From Octopus bimaculoides (lineage: Eukaryota), in the NCBI RefSeq assembly GCF_001194135.2, contig NC_069000.1, forward strand, positions 5,236,470-5,276,200: a stretch of DNA of 39,731 nucleotides, in the 5' to 3' direction. The position numbers were made by a program, and so were the translations under genes. Below are positions 24,266-35,319 of the stretch, piece after piece. Below the pieces are notes generated by a model. That model worked only from the letters and a program-made list of their open reading frames with translations, was not told where the DNA came from and searched no databases. Position 1 is the first letter of the stretch, and the number at the start of each line of letters is the position of its first letter.

Positions 24266-26099
24266 GTATATGTATAAACATTGAAACACAGACATGTGGA
24301 AAATGGTTTATGTTGAAATCGTTGTAGTGTGATAATCAGAAATTGAAAATGAATGAGAGAAAGACGAAGGGGAGAAACAAGCAAACAAACAATCTACATT
24401 TAGGGAATAACAGAAACAGAACATATTTCGTGTAGGATCTTTCTGAAGATAATAATTACATTATTAGAGTCTAAAGAAAAAAATGGTAAACGTAAAATCA
24501 CCAAAAAGATCTGCAAGGAACATAGAGAATAGAACCGAGCATATTACTGAAAGGCGACATAGTATTATACATCGTATGAATAATTACAAGCTTCCGATGT
24601 TGATGCCTGCGTGTCGTTGCATCTCGTTAAATTCTTTCTCTTTTGTTATTTCAAATTGAAATAATGGCTTGCGTAATCTGAGAACTCTATGCAAATTATA
24701 ACTTCTCCTTTTAGCGTTAAATCGAATTCGGTCTTCCATTTGCAATTTATGTAAATGAAACCGTGTACAACAAAACATTTGTTCCTTATTTTAAATACAT
24801 TTGTTTCTACGCAACTGATAAAGGTTTCTTAATTTTATTCTAATTGTAATTGAGTAAATCTAAAACAAATTAAATAAATACAAAGACGGGAAATAACAAC
24901 AGCTAANNNNNNNNNNNNNNNNNNNNNNNNNNNNNNNNNNNNNNNNNNNNNNNNNNNNNNNNNNNNNNNNNNNNNNNNNNNNNNNNNNNNNNNNNNNNNN
25001 NNNNNNNNNNNNNNNNNNNNNNNNNNNNNNNNNNNNNNNNNNNNNNNNNNNNNNNNNNNNNNNNNNNNNNNNNNNNNNNNNNNNNNNNNNNNNATATTTA
25101 CATATATATACATATATACACATGCACGTTTATATGCAGATATTGATGTTAGCATATATATATATATATATATACAGACCAAATTCTGCTGAGAAATATA
25201 TTCTGGAATGCTGATAACAGTGAATTTAAATTTTCCTATCTTTCAAAAAACTTTTTTTCTATCTTTTACAAATGTTCAAGTGTAAACATTTAGCGAAGCA
25301 GAAATATATTGAAAGAAATTCTGATTTAGAAGTGAAATAAAAATAGAGACCATTACCATATATAACGGCAATCGCAGACATCAAAGAGAAAAATATGTTT
25401 TAGAGGAATATTTTTCAGTGCGAATGTTTCATATTTAGCGTTTGGTGTTTCAATCCCTGTATGATGCTAATAGCCAGAAGAGCTAATAGTCAGAAGAGTT
25501 ATACCAACGCAACAATGAGAATTGTTTAGTTTGTCACCAATGAAATTATAATTTTGCAGTTTAATCAAAGAGGTAACGCATTGTCCATGATATTTTTTTC
25601 CGATTCGTATGCATAGCATGACAGTGTGGTAAAACCTGGACTGACTAAGACGCGTGTAGATTTAGTAGACGTATCGTGCATAAATATGCATATATCGGTA
25701 TGGGCTTGATCATGTATTCTGAAGGTCCCCCCTCTATGTTAGCCCGCATGGGTAACAATACTAAAAAAAAAACAGATCATGTATTCGGAAGTTAATGTGT
25801 CTACAAAATCGGAAGTTAATAACAGGCACCAAACTTTAAAAACAGCAACGCATGTGGTCATTGACTTCAGATGAAATCCAATCCGTTGCCCTTGCTTAGC
25901 CGCGGTTCAATGGCTGCCGCTAGCAAAAGATAAAAGAAATGACAACATCGCAAAGTCTGAAACAAAGGGGATTCTCTGTGGAGTTTTAAGGACAGAGTAT
26001 TTTGTTTTAAACTCAGCAGCAGATTGTACAATTTCAAAATTCTGCTCTCTCGCTGCCTCGACGCTCGCATAATAATTCTTTTCATACTATTCCTTCGTT

Positions 26100-26309
26100 C
26101 TTTTGTTTTTTTATTTGTTTTAGTCATGTGAATGTGGCCATGTTGGAGCACCACCTTTAGTCGAGCAAATCGACCCCAGGACTTATTCTCTGTAAGCTTA
26201 CTACTTATTCTATCGGTTACTTTTGCAGAACAGCTAAGTTACGGGGCCGTGAACACACCAACATCGGAGCGATGATGGAGGGACAAACACAGACACACAA
26301 ACACATGCA

Positions 26310-26343
<34 letters not shown>

Positions 26344-26705
26344 NNNNNNNNNNNNNNNNNNNNNNNNNNNNNNNNNNNNNNNNNNNNNNNNNNNNNNNNN
26401 NNNNNNNNNNNNNNNNNNNNNNNNNNNNNNNNNNNNNNNNNNNNNNNNNNNNNNNNNNNNNNNNNNNNNNNNNNNNNNNNNNNNNNNNNNNNNNNNNNNN
26501 NNNNNNNNATATATACATATATATATATATATATATACATACGATGGGCTTCTTTCAGTTTCTGTCTACCAAATCCACCCACAAGCCTTTGGTCGACCCT
26601 AGGCTATAGTAGAAGACACTTGCCCAAGGTGCCGTGCAGTGGGACGGAACCTGGAACCATGTGGTTGGTAAGCAAGCTACTTACCACAAAGTCACTTCTA
26701 CACCT
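26100..26705 (-). mobile_element. tRNA-headed SINE, family 'B', near full length, with internal (TA)n/(TG)n microsatellite
   Basis: The minus strand starts AGGTGTAGAAGTGACTTTGTGGTAAGTAGCTTGCTTACCAACCACATGGTTCCAGGTTCCGTCCC (A/B-box-like), then GCACCTTGGGCAAGTGTCTTC (CORE-like motif). An internal (TA)n with a gap follows at ~26313-26540. The 3' half (CGACTAAAGGTGGTGCTCCAACATGGCCAC) is shared with other copies in the window. Confidence 0.85.
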
Positions 26706-26912
26706 ATAGTCACAAGGCCTGAATTTTTTCAAGGAAAACAAAGTAGATTACGTCGACCTCAAAATTAAACTGGTACGTGTTTTACCGACAGCGAAAGGAT
26801 AAAAGGCAAAATCAATCTTGGCGGGATTTGAACCTAGAACGTAAAATGACAGAAAAAATACTGCTGATAATTCCGTTTGACGCGTTAACGATTCTGCTAG
26901 GTTGCTACCTTA
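26706..26912 (-). mobile_element. SINE family A
   Basis: CACAAGGCCTGAATTTT...GATTACGTCGACCTC...CTGGTAC...GAAAGGATAAAAGGCAAAATCAATCTTGGCGGGATTTGAACCTAGAACGTAAA...CGTTAACGATTCTGCTAG. Confidence 0.75.
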
Positions 26913-27604
26913 GCGCCCTCATTACATCGATGATTAGTAGAGGTCAACAAGAGTTAGTCCGAATTCTTTGAAACTCTACCTAATAAAATATCGAAAACAT
27001 AAAGTAAAAATAAGCTTATAAATTAAAAACAAGATGGCGATTGAAAATATTGTTTATGTTTCTTTTCAGTTTACGACCAACCAACGACGAACCAAAATAT
27101 CTTTATTACCAACTTTTTGCGTTCGTCAATTTTTCCCTCTGCAGTGACGTATATCTAGAGCTATAATATATTGTTACATCATACACACAGCAGTTATTGA
27201 TTTCTCTCTATCTCTATGCACGAGGTGAAATTTAGTAGGACAGGGCTAGATTAGTATGAATCGATATAATACCAAACATCTTTTTACATTAATTCGTTTT
27301 ACACGAGAAATATTTAACAGAGTAGTTGCTTGAACAATGGTCTGAATTTGTCGTTTGTGTTGGTGCTGCTGTTGCAGTTGTTGTTGTTGTCGTTGTTGTT
27401 GTAGCTATTCTTCGTCTTGTGTTGTTTTTATTCTCACTGTTGTTGTTTTGGCATTTTTGTGTGTTACTCCGGTCGCTGTTGTTGTTGCTGTTGCAACTGT
27501 CACTGAATGTGTCCAGATAAGATCTGACCGAGTATACCTACAAACAAAGACACTCTGATCGCTTCCATTATCTCTTTCCTCCACGTAAGATAATATTAGA
27601 GTTA

Positions 27605-27810
27605 AATTTTGACAGAAGGCCAGCATTTTCAGAGAAGGTGATAAGTTGATTCCATCCACCCCAGTGCTTCAACAGTACTGATTTTATCGACCTCCAAGAT
27701 ATGAAAATCCAGGGCGACCTCGGCGGAATTTCAACTCACAACATAAAGACGGGCGAAATGTCGCAGAACATTTTGTATAACGCGGTAACGATTTTGCCTT
27801 CTCACCGCCA
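27605..27810 (-). mobile_element. SINE family A
   Basis: TTTTGACAGAAGGCCAGCATTTT...CCCCAGTGCTTCAACAGTACTGATTTTATCGACC...GCGACCTCGGCGGAATTTCAACTCACAACATAAAGACGGGCGAAATG. A further small fragment lies at ~27885-27915. Confidence 0.75.
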
Positions 27811-28254
27811 TAACGCCCGCATAATAATTCCTTCTACTATAATGAGAACGCCTGAAATTTTTCAAAAAAATTGCGTCTATCCCAATGCTCAACTGGTTCT
27901 CGTTTGGTCGACCCCGAAATTTTGACGCAATTTTTCGATCGTACATGCATTTACTTCATCTGCATACTTATTTCTCTGATCGTCGTTATTGTTGCGTTTG
28001 TGGATGCCTTTATTCTCAATCTTCCACAGTCCTCCTCTCGCCCTCGTCCTTCAATTTCTTCTCGCTTTTCCTTTCCCTCCTTCCCCTCCTTCATCGCCAA
28101 CTAAACGCCATTAATCATCCTATTTTCCAAAACATTTCCAATATTTTCCTTATGTTTATTTCATTTATTTTAATTTGATTTCTCCTGTTTTTAAAATCGT
28201 GTTTCTTTTTAATCTTTTCTCAGCGATTCTTACTTTTTTCTTAATGTTATTGCA

Positions 28255-28269
28255 ACTATCACCACTCTT

Positions 28270-28300
<31 letters not shown>

Positions 28301-28676
28301 CTGTTGTGGTTAATATTATTATCAGCGTTTCTGTTATTGCTGTTGATGTCATAGGTGTTGTTATTCTTTCAAATAACTTTTCTTAGTCAGATTATTATTT
28401 TCATTAGAACAGAATACATTTTTATCGATAATGTTATTATCGATAATAACATTATAAATATCATCATCATTGTCGTAGTCCTAACCCTAACCCGAATCAT
28501 CATCATCATCACCATCATCATCCTAATTATCAACTTCAGCATCCAAATCGCCACCATCATCACCATCAACATCGTCAACATCGCCATCAGTAATCATTAT
28601 TGTTCTTGTTAATATTGCTGCCGTTTCTGTTATTGTCGTTCTTCTTACTAATGTTACCCTTCTTCTTCTTCTTCTT

Positions 28677-28762
<86 letters not shown>

Positions 28763-28779
28763 CATTATTATTATTATTA

Positions 28780-28824
<45 letters not shown>

Positions 28825-28907
28825 GAAACATCTCAATGTCATCATATTCTTCACTCTCATCTTAATCATCATCATTATTTTTAATATTATTATTAATATC
28901 ACTACTA

Positions 28908-28942
<35 letters not shown>

Positions 28943-29057
28943 GCTACTACTACTACTACAACTACTACTTTTGTTATTGGTAAATGTTATCGTAATTGTT
29001 ACTATCACCGCTACTATGAAGTTCTCTCCTAGATTATTTCACAGTTTTTTATTATTT

Positions 29058-29119
<62 letters not shown>

Positions 29120-29120
29120 T

Positions 29121-29155
<35 letters not shown>

Positions 29156-29358
29156 GCTTGTTTGTTTCTTTGCTTATTTATTTCATTGTCAAATATCTAG
29201 TTCTGTTTCTCCTCACCTATATCCTGCTAGCGTTCTTGATATTTCCTCTACTCTAGTGCCGCTATTATGAACATCACCATCATCATCATCATCTTCATTA
29301 CCATCATCATTATCATCATCATCATCATCATCATCAACATCATCATCATCTTCATTAC

Positions 29359-29419
<61 letters not shown>

Positions 29420-29669
29420 GTCATAACCATAACCAGCAACAGCACCGCCACCAAAACTGCAAACACCTCCACACACAAGCACCATCAACGCCACCACCAC
29501 CGCCACCACCACCAATAACAACAGTACTACCACCATCCTCCTCCTTCACCTCCTTAACCTCCACATCGCAATCAAAATTGTAGTTATTATTGTTATTATT
29601 CTTATTCTTATTATCATTGTCATCATCATCAACATTTTTCATTACTACTACTACTACTACTACTATTGG

Positions 29670-29733
<64 letters not shown>

Positions 29734-29762
29734 GCTATTATTATTATTATTATTATTATTGC

Positions 29763-29807
<45 letters not shown>

Positions 29808-29960
29808 TACTACTACTAATATTATTATTATTATTATTATTGATGTTGTTGTTGTTATTAATTTTATTGGTATTGCTATTATTAATAATATTATTGTCGT
29901 CATCATCATCACCATTTTTATTATTATTATTATTATTCTTGTTGTTATTGCTATTATTCA
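28255..29960. repeat. 1.7-kb compound trinucleotide field (TTG, ATC, TTC, TTA, CTA, CCA)n
   Basis: Direct reading. Source of the poly-I/L/D/M/R pseudo-ORFs. Confidence 0.95.
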
Positions 29961-30847
29961 CGTTATTGTTGTTTTATATATTTCCTAACCTCAACCCCCA
30001 CCCCATGATCACTTCTATTGACGCAGTGTAGTTATTTCTAGCAAATATATATTTATCTCTACTTGTAATTGTGTCTTTGATGTTTTCATTTCTTTCTTCG
30101 TCTTCGCAGTGAAAACAAAAGACGAACTTCTGTGTCGAACAAAACGAGAGATTTCTCTTCCTTTGAGAAGGACATTTGTTTTGCTTGTCTAAAAATTAGA
30201 AGAATTAAGAGTTAAAGGAACTTTAGTATGTATTGCGTTGGAAATGTATAAAGACGGAAATGAGGAAGGCTTTGGGGGATAAATTTCTTTCTTTTCTTCC
30301 TTATATATTGTGTGGCAATATTTCTCCTTGTTGCGACAAAAGATAGACTACTTGCGTCATAAATGCGTCTCTCGTGTACATATCTGCATCGTGTTTGGTG
30401 AAGTTGTAGACGTAATGCGTTGCCTAGTACAATGTCATTATTGAATGATAGCTGCAAAAGGTATCATTGTGAATGCTAGAATAGTGTTCTTCAAGCGTTT
30501 GTTGCAATTACAAAGCAATAAATTCCAATCAAACCCTATACCTATACAGCAGACAGTAGAATGAAGGATTTCGTCTTATTTAAATATCAACATCACAACA
30601 TAACAAAGTACGGTTAAAATATATTTTACATGATCCATATATGTAGTTATCTAGTTATCTTTTTTCTTTCTTTCTATCTATCGATATGCTAGACCACTGG
30701 TTCAAATTGATTAATATCAATTTCTACCCTCATAAATAAATTTATATATAATATATATGTAAATACTATACAAATACACACACGCGCACATATACACACG
30801 CGCACATGCACACACGCGCACATACACACACATATGTATACATATAC

Positions 30848-30887
<40 letters not shown>

Positions 30888-31547
30888 GATACATGGAGAA
30901 TTGGAAAGAGATGAAGCCGGTATATTCGAAAGAGAGGCTAGTGAGACAAGTTTTATGTATATATGTACGTATGTATAATATGTGTAGATGTATTTTCCAG
31001 TCAATGGATGCCGGAACATTTCGAATAGAAGGATTGTGGATTTCGTGTTACCGTAAATAATGAGGAATTCATTTGTATGAGAGACGTAAATATTAAGTGT
31101 TAGTGCTTTTTATTCCACAGACACGTGTTGCTTTCACGCAAATTCTCAGGTCGAATCTGTGTGACGTCATGTGTGTACAGGTCTAAATCTATGATTCCAT
31201 GAAGGTAACTTGATTAGTGAAGGAAATTTTCAGTAAGTTATCCAATATGAACCAGAACATCTATAGAAGTCTTTTGTGCTATTTTATTTTGTTGTTTGCC
31301 TGGGGCAGGATGCCACCGAAAATTTGTTCGTTGTTCACGTTTGTCATCCAGCTATCTGAAAAGGTCATTGAGAGCAGCTTGAAAATGCTTGTTATGCAGT
31401 ACATATTTATACAGCAGTGATCTGCGGACCAGAAAGATTATTTCTGTAGCGAATGAGTATCATGAAGAGGAAATATCCAGAGATTAGGCGTGTCTCTATG
31501 ACATTTACAGAATGATGCAGATATTACGTAATAAATCNNNNNNNNNN

Positions 31548-31592
<45 letters not shown>

Positions 31593-31821
31593 GGCACTGT
31601 CTTCACCTCCTTCATTTTCCATAGCCGGACTATATCGATGCTAAGAGGATTGTATTAATCTATTTTTTCGCCTTCTTTCTTGACTATGAATGGGTTAAAG
31701 GGGCACCCAACATCAACTCTATAGCACATGTTGTGCATCTTGTCGACCACCACTAGATACGGTCTGTCATGTTCTAGCACCTGATCTGTTTCGATTGGGA
31801 AATCCCAGAGGATTTTGCAAG

Positions 31822-33100
31822 ACTGACGGACCAGTTAAACTGCTCTGGGTCCGGTTCGGTCCCGACATCCAAGTGGATAAAAATTGGGATGAGGTGACGA
31901 ACAGGGTGGTCTGCCTTACCTAGAAATGTGCAGAAAGGAAGGTACCCCTGAAAGATCGGGCAGAGGTAATGAATGCCTACACCGCCGCTGACATTATTTA
32001 CCGTCTGACCGTCGTGCCTTGTCCCAGTTACTGTTTGATTAGATTGGAGCGTATCCTGTTTATTTTCTTGTGGAAGGGACGCGTTCCAATGGTCAGACGG
32101 TCAATTTGCTGCCAATTCACTCTGCGTGACGAATTAGGCATGTCATGGTTTTTGATGCTCAGAGACGCACGCAGGTTGCACCACCTACAACGATTTCTAT
32201 AAGATGAACGTGTGGGGGCTCCGTTCCCGCAGCTCGTCTTCGCGACGGAGCTGCAGTTCTGGTTAAAGGATAAGCCGAGACTGGGCGCCTGGCACTTAGA
32301 ATGTCGTCAGGCACTCAATGTCCTCTACAAGTCGGGCAAGTGGATGTTCTTTTTGAGCTATATACAGAGGATTAATAGCGGGGAAGTACGACGACCTCTT
32401 CTGGGAGACCCTTGGCATCGACGAAGATGAACTGGAAAATCTATTCCTGAGGACTTTCCGGTCGGGAACTATTATGTATAATCTTCAGATGTCTTTTGGT
32501 TTGGCAGTGCTACCGGAGGCGGGACGCTACCGGTTCGAGATAAACTCTACAGGCCCGGATGCGGTGTCAGACGGGCTTGTCCGAGGTGCTCGCAGAGCGA
32601 CGAAACCGTTCTGCATGCATTCGTTCAGTGTCCAGGCAGTGCTGACTTGTGGAGTTATGTCGAATAGCTGCTGTCGCATGTGGGACAGATCCGTCTGTCA
32701 GCCGAGTCCATAATGGTGATTTCCCCACAGCCCTCCTTTAATCGGGCTGGCAAGGCAGTTTTTCTTTGTCTGGTGGCTATGGCGAAAGAGGTTATCTGGT
32801 GGACGAGGCTGAACGGAATGACAACAGAGACATTACTCTTTGGTAAAGCCCTCATCGACTTTTTCAAGTTTCATTTGAAAAGAAAAGTGAGGGTGGAGAG
32901 GGAGGTCCTCTCCTTGAGTGAATTTATCAAAGGGTGAGTGAAAGTTGCGAAAATGGCAAGAGTGGATGGTTACATTCTCAGTGTAGACCAGTGAATCGGA
33001 AGAAAGGGATTTCGAGAGGGCACTCGTCTTTGGTATTCAGAGTGATCTTCTATGGTGAGTTTGCTCGATTATCCCAACAGGAGGACGCCATCACAATCAC
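31822..33100 (+). mobile_element. Tx1/L1-clade non-LTR retrotransposon, 5'-truncated dead copy (C-terminal ORF2: post-RT region and zf-RVT/CCHC finger, plus short 3' region)
   Basis: My translation from 31822 gives TDGPVKLLWVRFGPDIQVDKNWDEVTNRVVCLT*KCAERKVPLKDRAEVMNAYTAADIIYRLTVVPCPSYCLIRLERILFIFLWKGRVPMVRRSICC, the typical L1/Tx1 post-RT segment (..FLWKG..). From 32521 it reads GTLPVRDKLYRPGCGVRRACPRCSQSDETVLHAFVQC, a CPRC...ET..H...C zinc finger. The frame continues to TGA at 32992-32994. There are several in-frame stops and frameshifts around 32340-32520. GC is clearly higher than the flanks. The 5' boundary is uncertain and may extend to ~31600. Confidence 0.9.
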
Positions 33101-33764
33101 TCTTCTTCTTCTTCTTCTTCTTCTTCTTCTTCTTCTCTTTCTTCTTCTTCTTCTTTTTCTTTTTCTTCTTCTTGTCTTTATTCTTTTTCTTCTTCTTCTT
33201 TTTCTTCTTGTCTTTCTTCTTTTTCTTCTTCTTCTTCTCTTTCTTCTTTTTCTTCTTTTTCTTCTTTTTCTTCTTCTTCTTCTTCTTCTCCTTCTTCTTC
33301 TTCTTCTTCTTCTCTTTCTTCTTCTTCTTCTTCTTCTTCTTCTTCTTCTTCTTTTTCTTCTTCTTCTTTTTCTTCTTTTTCTTCTTATTCTTATTATTTT
33401 TCTTCTTCTTCTTCTTCTTCTTCTTCTTCTTCTTCTTCTTCTTCTTCTCATTCTTCTTCTTCTTCTTCTTCTTCTTCTTCTTCTTNNNNNNNNNNNNNNN
33501 NNNNNNNNNNNNNNNNNNNNNNNNNNNNNNNNNNNNNNNNNNNNNNNNNNNNNNNNNNNNNNNNNNNNNNNNNNNNNNNNNNNNNNNNNNNNNNNNNNNN
33601 NNNNNNNNNNNNNNNNNNNNNNNNNNNNNNNNNNNNNNNNNNNNNNNNNNNNNNNNNNNNNNNNNNNNNNNNNNNNNNNNNNNNNNNNNNNNNNNNNNNN
33701 NNNNNNNNNNNNNNNNNNNNNNNNNNNNNNNNNNNNNNNNNNNNNNNNNNNNNNNCTTCTCATT

Positions 33765-33795
<31 letters not shown>

Positions 33796-34132
33796 TTCTT
33801 ATTATTTTTCTTCTTCTTCTTCTTCTTCTTCTTCTTCTTCTTCTTCTTCTTCTTCTTCTTCTTCTTCTTCTTCTTCTCATTCTTCTTCTTCTTCTTCTTC
33901 TTCTTCTTCTTCTTTTTCTTTTTTTATCTTCTTCTTCTTCTTTTTTTATCTTCTTCTTCTTCTTCTTCTTCTCATTCTTCTTATTCTTCTTCTTCTTTTT
34001 CCTTTTGTCTTCATTTTCTTTTTTCTTCTTCTTTTCCCGCTTCCTCCTCCATTTTTCTTCTTTTTCTTCTTCTTCTTCTTCTCCTTCTTATTCTCCTTCT
34101 TTTTCTTCTTCTTCCTCCTCCTCTTCTTCTTC

Positions 34133-34164
<32 letters not shown>

Positions 34165-34198
34165 CCGTCTTTTTCTTCCACTTCTTCTTCTTCCGTCT

Positions 34199-34260
<62 letters not shown>

Positions 34261-34356
34261 TTCTCCTTCTTTTTCTTCTTCTTCCTCCTCCTCTTCTTCT
34301 TCTTCTTCTTCTTCTTCTTCTTCCGTCTTCTTCTTCCTCTTCTTCTTCTTCCGTCT

Positions 34357-34388
<32 letters not shown>

Positions 34389-34418
34389 TTCTTCTTCTTC
34401 TTCTTCTTCTTCTTCCGT
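33101..34418. repeat. ~1.3-kb (TTC)n/(GAA)n tract with variant units and a 270-N gap
   Basis: Direct reading. Source of the 741-aa and 492-aa pseudo-ORFs. Confidence 0.96.
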
Positions 34419-35319
34419 CATCACAAATACCCAGTATATGTTGCAGCCCTGCAATACGTTAATAAATACGATTCAGCCATCCGCGGTTCTAGTTTCTTTT
34501 CCTCCCCCACCAACCACCTATATTTATTAGTTTCTCGTTACTTTTCGTTTTCTTTCTTCATCTCTCCTCATCTTTCTTTTCCTTCTTTTATCCATCATTC
34601 ATTCTTCTTCTTCTTTCTTCTCTTTCCTCTCTTTCCACTCCTTCCTTCCTTCCAAACAAGCTCTCATCTTTTCTTTCAACCCCTTCATATTTTTTCCATC
34701 TTTCTCACTTTCTTTTGCTTTTTCATTCACGATTCCCCCCCACATCTTCCTCACAACTTCACCCTTCTACCACCACCCTTGCCAACCACTTCTTTCTCCA
34801 GCTCTTCATCTCACATCTTTCCCACTATTTTCCACCCTTCTTTGCAACTGTCATCTCCATTTCTTCATTCTGACCATCTTTTCACCGTTTTCCTTACACC
34901 TTATCTTTCTTTATTCTGTCTTCAGCCTTCCTTTCAGTTTTTATCTTCAGCCCCTTCCTCTCCTTCCTCCAATCTTTATAATTCAGTTTCCACATTACTG
35001 CATCCTGTCTTTCTTTCACCCTTCATATACGCTCGTATCTCCAACTGTTTTTGTCACTTCCTCCTCTCAACGTCTCCCTCGAAATCTTTTCGTTTCTTCT
35101 ATTCATTTTTCCCCATCTTTTACGAATATATTTTTGGAAATCCTATTTCGAACGCTTAAAAATGCTCTCAAATTTGGTAATGACGAAACTTATTATTACT
35201 CTTATCGTGATCCATATTATATATTACTATTATATATTATTATTTTAAATGTAAACAGATGTGGAAAGGTTGCATTTGACATTATAAAGGATTATATCAT
35301 TACATCAGTGAGATAATTT

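Larger units (their letters stand above)
231..33755. other. Assembly gaps (11 N-runs, ~2.75 kb in total)
   Basis: 231-240, 672-1286, 4519-5427, 10787-10796, 11824-11850, 14010-14433, 24094-24218, 24907-25093, 26344-26508, 31538-31547, 33486-33755. Most directly abut microsatellites, as expected for a short-read assembly. Confidence 0.97.

Noticed and set aside
28480-28495. CCTAACCCTAACCC telomere-like motif
   Set aside because: Only about two units inside an (ATC)n field; too short to call an interstitial telomere.
28355-30031. Poly-D, poly-M, poly-I and poly-L ORFs
   Set aside because: Compound trinucleotide repeats with no unique coding context or splice support.
30085-30230. Very strong polypyrimidine acceptor (TTTCTTTCTTCGTCTTCGCAG)
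   Set aside because: All three downstream frames hit stops before a plausible donor.
32934-35159. 741-aa and 492-aa ORFs (poly-L/F/S) and the antisense poly-R/K/E ORFs
   Set aside because: They are translations of the (TTC)n tract, Ns and a pyrimidine-rich region, where stops cannot occur.
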